Of a DNA stretch of 64,000 nt, positions 28,625-38,458 are shown in pieces (the first letter of the stretch is position 1; every line of letters begins with the position of its first letter). The stretch spans positions 47,809 to 111,808 of the forward strand of contig CAZGNC010000003.1 in NCBI GenBank assembly GCA_964527235.1, in the 5' to 3' direction. The position numbers and the translations under genes were made by a program. A model generated the notes under the pieces. That model saw nothing but the letters and a program-made list of their open reading frames with translations, searched no databases and was not told the DNA's origin. Source of the stretch: an uncultured Candidatus Saccharibacteria bacterium. Lineage in GTDB: Bacteria > Patescibacteriota > Minisyncoccia > Phycocordibacterales > UBA9973.

Positions 28625-31600
28625 TTATGACATTGCTTTTAGATGAGTCTCAATAAAGTCAATTTCTTTCTTATCTAGACCATACTTTTTATATAGCTGA
28701 TGATCAATTTCGGCAATTGATTTTGACCAATTGATGTCTGAGTTGTTTGTGAAATCTTGAATCGGAACGTTTCTCCACACCTTTCCTGGATTATGTTGTG
28801 TAACTTTTAGTGTTTGAAGTAAAGTTCTACAAAATTTTGTTTTTAAATAAGAAACGCAATTGACGGCTTCTGTTTTTTTTACAAAAGAACCGATTCCGAT
28901 ATAGCTTTGTGTATAACCTACTAATTTATCACCTATAAATGGTGTGGATAAAATTTCGCCAAATTTACCTGAACCACTTGATTTTGGTAGTATCACTTTA
29001 AAGTTATCGACATTGGTGTGAGCATCTAAATACTTCTTATTAATATACTTTGAGACTCTTTTATTATTGATCAAGCCAAAAATTTTTACATTATTAGCTT
29101 TGTCACTACTTTCAGTAAATACTTTTAGTTGTTCAAATATTGGTGTAGTTAAACGTTTTTCTTGACCTCCACTTCCTATTATTTTTTTATAATTTGGGTA
29201 ATCTGCATATAGGGCATCTAAATTAAACTTGCTTTGTGTATATATAATTAGCGATAGATCAGAAAACATTATGCCCTTTTTCACTTTGTTTAGAATTGAG
29301 TTTAATTCATGGTAACTTGTAAACGATCCTATCGGACCAATATCAGCATTTGCGTCACGATACGTTATCGCTACACCCCCTTTAATATCAGTATTTGGAA
29401 ATATAGTGGATGAATTTTGCTCATAATATATAACTGATACATGTATATCTGCGAGCATTTTCTCATTCCATTCCTTTGGGGTTTTACCTGCTTTAAACAG
29501 AAAACGAGCAGGATGAATCAATGCCACCTTATCTGCCAGTTTGTATGATTCATCAATAAACAGATGATAGATCGGATTATCACTCGTGTCTTTTGTTTGG
29601 ATTTGGTATGGTGGGTTTCCTACAACTGCTGTGAATTTCATATCTTTATCTCTTAAATTAAATTTTTCTAATAATTCTACTTTCAGGTTGTAATCTTTAT
29701 AATTTTCTTTCTGCTGCAGTTTCTGAATTAAATCTTCAATATAAACAATGTTAGTTTTTGCACCTTTATTATACCCAGCTAAAGTTCTTTGCGTAATACT
29801 TTGCGCCATTGGACTTTTACAAAGCACGTATATGTTATCTTTCAATAAATCACCCCATATCTTTTGAGATATTTTCTCTTCAGGCTTTTTAATCTTTATA
29901 AGCTGCCTTGAGTACACGTTGTAAGCGGCTAATAATGGATAAAGTCCGGATTTCGAGTTTATTTCCAGTATCTTTGTGTCGTCCTGCGACCAAACACTTG
30001 TGTCAGCATCGTGACTTTTCCATTCTGGTTTTCCTGTTTTATCTGTAACTCCACTACAAAAATCATGCCCTCCAAACGCTAGCGTTAAATGTTTATTTAC
30101 AACACTCCACGGGGTGAGCACCGTCTCTTTATCAGGATTTTTAAAAGTACTGAATATTTCAGCAATTGCTTGTACTCTTTCGGTTGGCAAAAGATCATCG
30201 CAATCAAAAGCTTTAGCGCGAATACTATGAGCAACTCCTTTGAAAACATCTTCATCATAATACTTAGTAAACTCTGTAAATTTATCTTTTGATAAACCAG
30301 TTGGCATGAATTCCTTCCAAGAATCTTCGTCAACAAGATCAATAAACCTTTGAAGTGTTATAATTTCTCGCACCGACACATCAGCGCCGTACACCAACAT
30401 AGGCATACGAATACTTACTGCACGCAATATATTAATAGCATTTTTCTTTTGTTCGAAAGCTTCTTTTTTCTTTTTTAAATTTTCTTTTTCCTCCTCTGAT
30501 AACTCTAAATTTTTCTTTTTCTTACGTTCAGCCTCCTCTGCTTTCTGTAACTGAAGATCATCCATTCCAAGTTCATTAATCTTAATCTCATTTATTTTTT
30601 CGCTTGATGATGTCCCGATGATAGATTTAAGTTCATTAAATTTAGACATCTCCATTTCATCAAGCTTTAATAATTCATCGTTGTATAGCTTAGGATCATC
30701 AAAGCCATTTCGACTTACACGTTCAATAATAGCTTTTTTGAGTTGACCCAACATTACCTCAACATCATATGGTTTCATTACTCCGCCCTTGGCGGCGAGA
30801 ATTGGACAGAAGTTTAAAAATTCTCTCATCGCATCTTTTTGCTCAGGTGAATTAATTTTTCCTGATTTATGATTAAGCTCTATTGCTTCAGCTACTAATT
30901 TCAAGGTGCGATCCGGTGCAAAATCAAACACATATCCTTGAGTTTTTAGTTTACCGTCTATTTTTGCAGGGGTTTGGCAACGAAATGCTGTCTGTAAATA
31001 AGTTGTTGCGGAACTAGTATCAGACATCATAAAAACTGCTGTCCATTCAGGAACAGATGCCCCAGTAGTCAAACGTTGACCTGTAAGCGTAATGGTATAT
31101 TCATGATTTTTAATTGCCTTAGTAACACGATCTTTGGCAATTTTATCCTCCTCATCGTCACGACTATCTCCAGAAATATTTACCACACCGAACCCGCTGG
31201 AGCCAAAAACTGAATGGTCTTTGAGCAACTTCTCCATCGCCTCGATAACCTTAACCCTATTAGGTAAAAGCCACAGAGAGTGTTTATTGTAATTACGATA
31301 TTCTTTTGTTGCGTAAGGGAATTTAGTCTGTAATTTTTCATCTACTAGTAAATCTAAGAATCTTTTGACCATTGGCTCGTGAACAAATTCAGCCGTATCT
31401 TTACCCTCATCGTCCTTACGCACACGAAAAAACTCATGAAACCTAAAAGCCCCATCAAGAGAGTCGTGAAAATTTTCACCCAGACTGCCGATATGGCTGG
31501 CAAATGTATCTACATCATATGTAAATATACTAAGGGACGGCAATTCCGCGTATGGGTTTGGTATTCCGGGGTTGCGCTCGTCCCAATTTAACTTTTCTTC

Positions 31601-32650
31601 CTGTTCCATTACATAATCCCAAGTGAAAATATCTTCTTCTTCGTGCTTATGTAGAATATTGAATGGGGTTCCAGAAAGTTGTAGTACAAAATTTGCTGGT
31701 ATTTTTAAAAAAGTAGCATCCCCAAGAGCACTTTGTGTTCCCTCGTGAGCCTCATCAACAATCAACATATCCCAAGCGGTATCAAAAACTTCATCGTTTT
31801 TATCAAAACCTCTCGCCTGAGACCCAGCTGACTTATCTTCTACTACTCGTTTCGACAGTCGTAGGTCTTGTAGTGAAGCAAAGTAAACAAAAGGTTTTTT
31901 ACCCTTACTCAGAGTATTAATGTGTTCTCCTATTGTTGTTGAAGAAAATTCATAATTTGCACCAGCTAGCACCTTATTGTAATCATCGTACCAATCACTA
32001 CTAACACTAGGACGGTGAGTCACAATCAGCACTTTCTTCATTTCATTTTCTTTGGCCACCTGCATCGCTGCAGATGTTTTACCGAAACGCATTTTTGCAT
32101 TCCAAAGAAAATGCTTACGTTTTTTCTTAATAGCCTGAGTTGTCTTTTTTATGGCCTCAAGCTGATTGGGGCGAAATTGAAATTCAGAAACTGCTGAGAC
32201 TGTTCTCTCCATATTAGATAATGCCACCCTGCCTTCTTTTACAGCTTGAATTGCCTTTTTTGCAATATCCAAACTAACTTCAAACCACTCAGAATGTGAA
32301 TTTTTAATATTTTCAGCCTTGCGTTTATAACCAGAACGCTTAAGTACTTCATGCACATCATGGTCAGAAAAATATTTGTTTTCGTTAGTAATGGCAATTT
32401 CCGCATGTTCAAGAATGTAAGGGATGTCTGCCGTTTTAGTTTGCTGTATTATGCGCTTGTGAGCTGCTAAATCGATTTCTTCTCGTGTTGAATTTAAGGA
32501 TACTGTAGTCGCACTACCAATTTTTAACCGGCCCTTATGTTGTTCTCCCGGAACAGAATAAATGTAAATTACACCATATGAGAAAGTTTCATTTATTTCG
32601 CTAGATTTGTAAGGGTTATTTTCTGCTTCCGGTTTTATAATCTTGTTCAT
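28625..32650 (-). CDS. Single-chain R-M enzyme: GIY-YIG-like nuclease, SF2 helicase and Eco57I-like adenine MTase/TRD
   Basis: GVIYIY..LKIGSA; AKMRFGKT; DEAHEG; YLQTAFR; ILEINSKSG; VVGNPPY; start moved to MNKIIK. Confidence 0.85.
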   Translation of the reverse strand: MNKIIKPEAENNPYKSSEINETFSYGVIYIYSVPGEQHKGRLKIGSATTVSLNSTREEIDLAAHKRIIQQTKTADIPYILEHAEIAITNENKYFSDHDVHEVLKRSGYKRKAENIKNSHSEWFEVSLDIAKKAIQAVKEGRVALSNMERTVSAVSEFQFRPNQLEAIKKTTQAIKKKRKHFLWNAKMRFGKTSAAMQVAKENEMKKVLIVTHRPSVSSDWYDDYNKVLAGANYEFSSTTIGEHINTLSKGKKPFVYFASLQDLRLSKRVVEDKSAGSQARGFDKNDEVFDTAWDMLIVDEAHEGTQSALGDATFLKIPANFVLQLSGTPFNILHKHEEEDIFTWDYVMEQEEKLNWDERNPGIPNPYAELPSLSIFTYDVDTFASHIGSLGENFHDSLDGAFRFHEFFRVRKDDEGKDTAEFVHEPMVKRFLDLLVDEKLQTKFPYATKEYRNYNKHSLWLLPNRVKVIEAMEKLLKDHSVFGSSGFGVVNISGDSRDDEEDKIAKDRVTKAIKNHEYTITLTGQRLTTGASVPEWTAVFMMSDTSSATTYLQTAFRCQTPAKIDGKLKTQGYVFDFAPDRTLKLVAEAIELNHKSGKINSPEQKDAMREFLNFCPILAAKGGVMKPYDVEVMLGQLKKAIIERVSRNGFDDPKLYNDELLKLDEMEMSKFNELKSIIGTSSSEKINEIKINELGMDDLQLQKAEEAERKKKKNLELSEEEKENLKKKKEAFEQKKNAINILRAVSIRMPMLVYGADVSVREIITLQRFIDLVDEDSWKEFMPTGLSKDKFTEFTKYYDEDVFKGVAHSIRAKAFDCDDLLPTERVQAIAEIFSTFKNPDKETVLTPWSVVNKHLTLAFGGHDFCSGVTDKTGKPEWKSHDADTSVWSQDDTKILEINSKSGLYPLLAAYNVYSRQLIKIKKPEEKISQKIWGDLLKDNIYVLCKSPMAQSITQRTLAGYNKGAKTNIVYIEDLIQKLQQKENYKDYNLKVELLEKFNLRDKDMKFTAVVGNPPYQIQTKDTSDNPIYHLFIDESYKLADKVALIHPARFLFKAGKTPKEWNEKMLADIHVSVIYYEQNSSTIFPNTDIKGGVAITYRDANADIGPIGSFTSYHELNSILNKVKKGIMFSDLSLIIYTQSKFNLDALYADYPNYKKIIGSGGQEKRLTTPIFEQLKVFTESSDKANNVKIFGLINNKRVSKYINKKYLDAHTNVDNFKVILPKSSGSGKFGEILSTPFIGDKLVGYTQSYIGIGSFVKKTEAVNCVSYLKTKFCRTLLQTLKVTQHNPGKVWRNVPIQDFTNNSDINWSKSIAEIDHQLYKKYGLDKKEIDFIETHLKAMS

Positions 32651-32654
32651 AAAA

Positions 32655-33596
32655 TTATTCTTTAAACTCTCTAAAATGCCTACCGAACACGTTTTGGAAA
32701 AGAATTGCCTTTTCGTATAGCCACATGAAATATTTTTCATTTTCCGAAGGATCAGATATGTTTGCTACTTTTTTCTCAATAACAATCCTAGAGGCTACTG
32801 GTGCATCGATACATTCAATTGTTTCACCAATCTCCTTTTCGATCTCTGTTTTTTTGTCACATAAAAATTTAAATAATTCCTTATCTCTATTTATATATAT
32901 TTCACAACCCAATATATTTTCACTAAAAAGAGCGCGGAGGGAGATATGCCCTGCAGAACTACCCATGCTTACATCATACCAATGCTGAGGCCTTGGCGTC
33001 CTCAGACGAATCTGAGTGTCAATTTTTTGAACAAAATCTCTGAATTTATTCCAAAATTCTAACTGTTGTAATTTAGTATCCGTAAGCGATCCACTTACAG
33101 CACTTGTCTTTACTGTCTTTGCCCATTCGTTTGGACTGACCATTATTTCAAATTTTGGAGCAGGGTTTGAGCCCTCTATCTGCCATAGTTCAAGTTTAAT
33201 TAAAAAGAAACCAATATTCTCATCGGTGTGATCATTTAACCAATCTATCGCTTTTTGGTGTTCGTCGCGCAAATCTCTAACAATCCAAATAATAATCTCT
33301 GCGTCGTAGCCAGAGGCATAAGTAATAATCTTGCCTAGATGGTCGTGATTTGCATCTTCTAACTGGTTTTCGATTATTATTTTTCTACCCGACATTTCCT
33401 CCTCAGCTAAAATATCGACGCTGAACTTACCAACACTTGCCTCAGTTTTAATTAATTTTATGTCGACACCTATTTCTTCACTCAAAATTTCCAAATTATC
33501 TTCTTGCGATAGCCATTTTGTAAAATCTGGTTCTAGCGACCATACATCTCTCGGGTCAACTTTTGTTATTCTTGATAGATCCTTTTTTGTGTACAT
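32655..33596 (-). CDS. DUF4268-domain protein with PD-(D/E)xK-like N-terminus
   Basis: VDILAE...IIIENQL...HDHLGK..TYASG; QLEFW..F...PRPQHW. Confidence 0.8.
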   Translation of the reverse strand: MYTKKDLSRITKVDPRDVWSLEPDFTKWLSQEDNLEILSEEIGVDIKLIKTEASVGKFSVDILAEEEMSGRKIIIENQLEDANHDHLGKIITYASGYDAEIIIWIVRDLRDEHQKAIDWLNDHTDENIGFFLIKLELWQIEGSNPAPKFEIMVSPNEWAKTVKTSAVSGSLTDTKLQQLEFWNKFRDFVQKIDTQIRLRTPRPQHWYDVSMGSSAGHISLRALFSENILGCEIYINRDKELFKFLCDKKTEIEKEIGETIECIDAPVASRIVIEKKVANISDPSENEKYFMWLYEKAILFQNVFGRHFREFKE

Positions 33597-33597
33597 T

Positions 33598-33771
33598 TTA
33601 TTTCTTCCAATCCTTAATTTGTAACCCACCGCGGATCTTTTTAACGACCACTTTTTGTTTTTCCCTCCAACCGAGTTCTTTTAAAATTTCAACCGGAATA
33701 GAAACAGAATGACTAGTGCCATTTTTGGTAATTTTCCTTATATTCCTGTCGTTATAAGCTCTGTCGGCCAT
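33598..33771 (-). CDS. AbrB/MazE-type DNA-binding protein (57 aa)
   Basis: IRKITKNGTSHSVSIPVEILKELGWREKQKVVV. Confidence 0.8.
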   Translation of the reverse strand: MADRAYNDRNIRKITKNGTSHSVSIPVEILKELGWREKQKVVVKKIRGGLQIKDWKK

Positions 33772-33816
33772 ACGTATTCGTATACGTATGATACCCCCAA
33801 TCCCACAATTTGTAAA
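33769..33816 (-). promoter_or_regulatory. Island promoter with palindromic operator overlapping the start codon
   Basis: TTTACA-17-TATCAT; CATACGTAT-tcgt-ATACGTATG at 33769-33790. Confidence 0.65.
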
Positions 33817-33851
33817 TTTTGAAAAATCCCCCCCCCAACCCCTCATAAAAC

Positions 33852-34208
33852 TTACTTCCCTGGCACAAATTTCATTGATATAGAATTCACGCAGTGGCGT
33901 ATATCCTTCTCAGTAAATCCTTCCCCGGTAAAAAGGTGCCCGAGGTGCCCGCCACAACGTGCGCAAGTTATCTCAGTCCGTACCCCATCAGCATCGAGAG
34001 TTTTCTTCACAGCCCCAGGCAACTCATCGTCGAAAGACGGCCAGCCACAATGCGACTCGAACTTACTCTTAGAATCATACAGCGGTGCGTCGCACTGCCT
34101 GCAGACATACACGCCAGTCGCTTTGTTGTTCACGTACTCACCCGTGAAAGGCGCTTCGGTGCCCTTGTCTATTATTACCCTACGCTCTTCTTCGGTTAGA
34201 TTATTCAC
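33852..34208 (-). CDS. msrB: Peptide-methionine (R)-S-oxide reductase
   Basis: GTE.PFTG, CGWPSF, GHLGHLF and RHCVNS. Confidence 0.97.
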   Translation of the reverse strand: MNNLTEEERRVIIDKGTEAPFTGEYVNNKATGVYVCRQCDAPLYDSKSKFESHCGWPSFDDELPGAVKKTLDADGVRTEITCARCGGHLGHLFTGEGFTEKDIRHCVNSISMKFVPGK

Positions 34209-34262
34209 ACATACATATTACCATGCTCTGCAATAAAAATATTAAAAGTGTATAATCGTATA

Positions 34263-34538
34263 ATGACACAAGTTTTAGAATTGGTATTTTACCTACCGGG
34301 AATATTTTTCCTTATTTCAGGCGTACCACAGACGATAAAATTACTAAAGACCAAAAGTTCTGAAGATATCAGCATCTCTATGTATGTACTCACCTGTCTC
34401 GGCATAGCTATAGTGGTGGTAAATGCATACATGTCGAAAAACACGAGTATCCTCGTATCGAACTTGGCGAGCCTGGCAATAACCGCCACAAATACATTTC
34501 TCGTAATAAAATACCAAAAAGAAAAACCGCTCGACTAA
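34263..34538 (+). CDS. PQ-loop/SemiSWEET family transporter
   Basis: VPQTIKLLKTKSSEDIS; three TM segments. Confidence 0.8.
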   Translation: MTQVLELVFYLPGIFFLISGVPQTIKLLKTKSSEDISISMYVLTCLGIAIVVVNAYMSKNTSILVSNLASLAITATNTFLVIKYQKEKPLD

Positions 34539-34559
34539 ATAAATAGTGAGCGGTTTTTC
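34521..34559. terminator. Bidirectional terminator
   Basis: GAAAAACCGCTC...GAGCGGTTTTTC. Confidence 0.7.
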
Positions 34560-34587
34560 TTTGTCTCTGAGTTCCCTCTTGCAAATA

Positions 34588-34788
34588 TTATGCGCGAGAT
34601 ACTTGAGTAGCAGCTGGACCTTTCTCAGTATCAACTACTGTGAAAGATACAGTGTCGCCAACTTTCAACTCGTCGAAAGTGACGTCAACTAATTCCTTTG
34701 AGTGAAAGAAAAGGTCCTTCGCCTCGCCTTCGCGAGAGATAAATCCAAATCCTTTATCAGTAAGAGTCTTGATTGTTCCTGTCATCAT
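34588..34788 (-). CDS. Cold-shock protein
   Basis: KGFGFI (RNP1), LFFH (RNP2) and KGPAA. Confidence 0.95.
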   Translation of the reverse strand: MMTGTIKTLTDKGFGFISREGEAKDLFFHSKELVDVTFDELKVGDTVSFTVVDTEKGPAATQVSRA

Positions 34789-34908
34789 ATGATTGTTTTG
34801 ATTATTTTAATTTTTACTCGAAACCTCGACGTTTGTTCCTGTGCCCGTCTGCCCAATAGGCAGACTTTACACCAAGCTAGTATATCTTATAAAACAATAA
34901 ATAGCGAA

Positions 34909-35889
34909 TTATTTCAATACTTCACTATTGCAAATGCTACGCAACGCAGCTAGGTCTGAGCTGTTGGGAGTTGCGCCTAGGCCTACGTTTAATGCATACA
35001 TTATCGCCTTTGGGTCATCAAGGTGCGCTATGTTTAATGCATGTCCGAACTCATGCGCAAGCAATCGCACGAGCTTTGACCTACTACTGAACTCAAAAAC
35101 GTCTATTTCTCTTATTCTCCCATCACTACGATATACTCCTTCTTCGAAAGTCTCGCCACGCTCTACGCCTATAGTCTTGTTGTATTTCTCTACAGATAAA
35201 TTTAGATCAGCAGCCATTTTGTTTAATGGTTCTACTAGAGCATTCACTTCATTAGCTAGAGTATTTAATTCTTGTGCATCTTCTGATACAGAACTAGAGA
35301 GAGCTTCTAGGGCGAGTCGCTCTTTTTCTAATCTATTAAATTCATTCTGTGGAGCACCACCTTTATCGTTCCAATATTTTATTTCTGATTGCAACTTTGC
35401 CCATTTTTGATTTAGAGATAAAACCCTAGAGTCGTAGCTACTCTTCGCCTCGGTGTACCTTGCTTTCAAGGCCAAGAACTCTGCTTGTAGTCTGTCGTAC
35501 GAGGCTTTATCGTTTTTCACATCAGTATTTAAAGTCTTAAGCTTCTCCGTCACCTGCTGACGATAGTCATACTCGAGATTAACAGCTAAAACATCATAAT
35601 CATCATTATCTGGCGCGTAAGCAAAAAGATCAAGCCCCATAGGCTTCTCCCACACTGCTTCAGCTTCGGCGATAGCCTTCAAGAAATATTCCTTAGAAAT
35701 ACCGAACTCGGTGTTGAAATTCCCAATTTTATAAGGTATCGGCTCGGCACATGGTATGTCTTTGATAAATAGCCCGCTGATGTTGTTAAGTAACGGTAGT
35801 ATGTGCGGATTCTTTACAAAATATGCCTCATACCACACGGCTCCACCGATAAGTCCGAGCATTATGAGAATTTGTATAAATTGTTTCAA
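34909..35889 (-). CDS. Matrixin-family metzincin with coiled-coil insert
   Basis: HEFGHALNIAH plus AIMY Met-turn; N-terminal TM. Confidence 0.85.
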   Translation of the reverse strand: MKQFIQILIMLGLIGGAVWYEAYFVKNPHILPLLNNISGLFIKDIPCAEPIPYKIGNFNTEFGISKEYFLKAIAEAEAVWEKPMGLDLFAYAPDNDDYDVLAVNLEYDYRQQVTEKLKTLNTDVKNDKASYDRLQAEFLALKARYTEAKSSYDSRVLSLNQKWAKLQSEIKYWNDKGGAPQNEFNRLEKERLALEALSSSVSEDAQELNTLANEVNALVEPLNKMAADLNLSVEKYNKTIGVERGETFEEGVYRSDGRIREIDVFEFSSRSKLVRLLAHEFGHALNIAHLDDPKAIMYALNVGLGATPNSSDLAALRSICNSEVLK

Positions 35890-35902
35890 AGCAAAAAATA
35901 TT

Positions 35903-36670
35903 TTACTCTTGAATATTTTCTAGGTTTTCAATCGGATTAGACTTGGGATCTTTAATTAGTTTCAGAGAAAAATCTTTTTCCTCTGCTGAAACAGCAACAT
36001 CGAAATAAGCATACACTGAGGAATATGGTTCTATTGTACGATCAAACTTCCACTGCTTTAAAACTTTTTCTTTCCCTATTAGCTGTAGAAAACTAGGAGG
36101 CAATACTAAATCTTCTGAAGTATTATTTACAAATTCGATATTAACAACGATTTTCGCTTGATTCTCAGGCAAGCCACCATAACTATACCCACACGATTTA
36201 TTCTCGCAGAAAGGTAAAACTATACCATCATAAGATGACGAAGGGACATATCTACCAATACTCAATACAATAAAGTCATCATTAGACACAATTCCTTCTT
36301 CTATTACAATTAAATTTTCTGCATCTTTTTCATTAAATTCTAAACCATTAACTTCAGTTTCCCCTTTTTTAGCATAAGTTGGGACTAGATTAGCAATGAA
36401 TGGTCGATGGTCCTGATCAACAACACTTGCATCTTCGAATTGAAAGGTGTTTTTAACATTCAATACTTTCTTGGCACCTTCTGGTAAACTAGACTCAACT
36501 AAAATTTTCTTGCCAGCCTTGCTAAAAAAATAAAAATACAATCCTACGCTATTAACCAAAACAGAGAATATCAGAGCAACAACTAAGAACAACTGCCAAC
36601 CACTTTGGGTGTTATTATTCGCACTCACTTCTGTTGTGGTATTTGGTTTTTGTGGAATATTTTGTTCCAT
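35903..36670 (-). CDS. Single-TM hypothetical protein with Ig-like C-terminus
   Basis: TM at about aa 25-48; beta-rich C-terminus. Confidence 0.6.
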   Translation of the reverse strand: MEQNIPQKPNTTTEVSANNNTQSGWQLFLVVALIFSVLVNSVGLYFYFFSKAGKKILVESSLPEGAKKVLNVKNTFQFEDASVVDQDHRPFIANLVPTYAKKGETEVNGLEFNEKDAENLIVIEEGIVSNDDFIVLSIGRYVPSSSYDGIVLPFCENKSCGYSYGGLPENQAKIVVNIEFVNNTSEDLVLPPSFLQLIGKEKVLKQWKFDRTIEPYSSVYAYFDVAVSAEEKDFSLKLIKDPKSNPIENLENIQE

Positions 36671-36683
36671 ATATTTTATATAT

Positions 36684-37679
36684 TTATTTTTCGCTTATGG
36701 TGTATCTATCGAGCACAGCTTCGAACATTAAAGGTGCGATAATTGTCGCGTCAGACTCTATGACGAACATCGGAGTTTCTTTAGTAAGCTTGTCCCAAGT
36801 AATCTTCTCATTCGGAGTAGCTCCAGAGTATGAACCATATGAAGTAGTAGAGTCTGAAATCTGACAGAAATATCCCCAAGGCCTAACTTCTTTCTTGAGG
36901 TCATACTTTATCGAAGGCACTACACATATAGGGAAATCCCCAGAGATACCTCCACCGATCTGGAAGAATCCTAATCCTGGGCCATCTTTCGCTAATTCTG
37001 GATACCAATCATAAAGCGCGTTCATGTATTCAACTCCGCTTTTCATTATCGTGGCACTCACTTCACCAGACTTCACATACCCAGCAAAAATATTCCCCAA
37101 AGTTGAGTCCTCCCAGCCTGGCACCACTATCGGCAAGTTCGCCTTCGCAGCTTCGAGTAGCCAGCATGCATTAGGGTCGCCTTCGTATTTACCCTTGAGC
37201 TCATCTGAGAGAAGAATTTGATAGAAATATTCATGAGGGAAATATCTCTCACCTTTAGCTTCAGCTTCTTTCCAGCGTTTTAGTATTATAGGTTCAACTA
37301 CGCGAAATGCTTCTTCTTCAGGGATAGAAGTATCGGTAACACGGCGTTCGCCACGCTCGAGGATTTTCTCATCATCTTCTTTGGTGAAATATCGATAATC
37401 AGGATAGTCCTTGTAACTATCGTGAGCTACAAGTCTAAATACTGATTCTTCGAGGTTGGCACCTGTGCAAGAAATAATATGAATCTTCTTTTCCTTGATC
37501 ATCGGCGCGAGAGTCACTCCCATCTGAGCAGAAGACATGGCACCACCCATAGCGAGCAACATTTTGCCTCCGTCGTCTAAATGTTTCTTGAAAGCGATAG
37601 TCGCGTCTTTCATCTGGCGCGAATTGAAGTTATGAAATAATTTTTTAAACAAATCTAAAACAGTTATGTTGTTGGACAT
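36684..37679 (-). CDS. Deoxyhypusine synthase-like (homospermidine synthase-type) protein
   Basis: CTGANLEE, DSTLGN, IGGG, GSYSGATPNEKITWDK and SDATI. Confidence 0.9.
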   Translation of the reverse strand: MSNNITVLDLFKKLFHNFNSRQMKDATIAFKKHLDDGGKMLLAMGGAMSSAQMGVTLAPMIKEKKIHIISCTGANLEESVFRLVAHDSYKDYPDYRYFTKEDDEKILERGERRVTDTSIPEEEAFRVVEPIILKRWKEAEAKGERYFPHEYFYQILLSDELKGKYEGDPNACWLLEAAKANLPIVVPGWEDSTLGNIFAGYVKSGEVSATIMKSGVEYMNALYDWYPELAKDGPGLGFFQIGGGISGDFPICVVPSIKYDLKKEVRPWGYFCQISDSTTSYGSYSGATPNEKITWDKLTKETPMFVIESDATIIAPLMFEAVLDRYTISEK

Positions 37680-37717
37680 GAGTACATTATACAAATTTAT
37701 AGAGAAAAAGAAAAAGT

Positions 37718-37746
37718 TTGACGAAAGAGCGAAAATGTGCTATACT
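37718..37746 (+). promoter_or_regulatory. Promoter of the GC-rich two-gene cassette
   Basis: TTGACG-17-TATACT with extended TG. Confidence 0.7.
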
Positions 37747-37811
37747 GTATGTAGTAGTGTCCAATGGGCACCGTGTCCTTTGGAAACCCAACCCCGACCG
37801 GGCGGAGAATA

Positions 37812-38084
37812 ATGCTTGTAAAGATTCGCTGGAACACAAAGGTGCTGAGACTGTGTCTCAAGCACGCCAAGATCACCCGTCACGAGAAAAATGTCATCGG
37901 AAAAGCGATGACTACGGGTGAAGGGCTGGTGAATGCATTACGCATACTGGCCCAAATCCTCGCCTTCGTGGCAATGTCCATGGAGGCAAAGGAGGAAGTA
38001 ACTCACGTTGTCGTCGAACGTCATCGTGAGGCATCTGGTGCCGACCTTATCGAAGAAGAGGTTGGCGTCGGAATCGCCGCCTAG
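37812..38084 (+). CDS. GC-rich orphan protein, 90 aa
   Basis: AACCCCGACCGGGCGGAG leader before ATG; repeated hairpin downstream. Confidence 0.6.
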   Translation: MLVKIRWNTKVLRLCLKHAKITRHEKNVIGKAMTTGEGLVNALRILAQILAFVAMSMEAKEEVTHVVVERHREASGADLIEEEVGVGIAA

Positions 38085-38091
38085 CGGTCAT

Positions 38092-38414
38092 CGCCGCCGA
38101 GGAGCCGCCAACCGCGCTCTCCGGCGGCTCTTTCGTTCAATAACTTAGGTGAAAAACCATGAAAGAAGAAGAACGGAAAGAGCTTGAAAAGGCACTGAGA
38201 GACATCAAGCATCTAGCAATCAGATGTACGACCGATGCCTCGGGACACCTCAAGCTCTCAGAAGGAGACAGGGCCTTGATGGCAAAATACGCAGAAGCGG
38301 TCATCCAGATATTGAGCACAGCGCTCGCGACCGCAAGAAGTTTCAGGAAGAAGAAGCGAAAGAAGAAGTAACACGCCGCCGAGGAGCCGCCGACCGCGCT
38401 CCCGGCGGCTTTTC
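38092..38414 (+). repeat. Two copies of a 41-43-nt terminator-like element (38092-38134 and 38374-38414)
   Basis: CGCCGCCGAGGAGCCGCC(A/G)ACCGCGCTC(T)CCGGCGGCT(C)TTTC after each stop codon. Confidence 0.85.
38159..38371 (+). CDS. Orphan 70-aa helical protein with basic tail
   Basis: AGGTGA SD; ends RSFRKKKRKKK. Confidence 0.6.
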   Translation: MKEEERKELEKALRDIKHLAIRCTTDASGHLKLSEGDRALMAKYAEAVIQILSTALATARSFRKKKRKKK

Positions 38415-38458
38415 AGTTGTGGGTTGCCTTAAAACCTTAAATATGCAATAATAGAGCA

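Larger units (their letters stand above)
27688..33850. mobile_element. Low-GC defence island inserted between msrB and msrA (no integrase seen)
   Basis: AT-rich four-gene block separating two normally linked genes; palindrome at the left edge. Confidence 0.6.

Noticed and set aside
38092-38414. CRISPR array or integron
   Set aside because: Only two repeats separated by a whole gene; no cas genes, integrase or attC core sites
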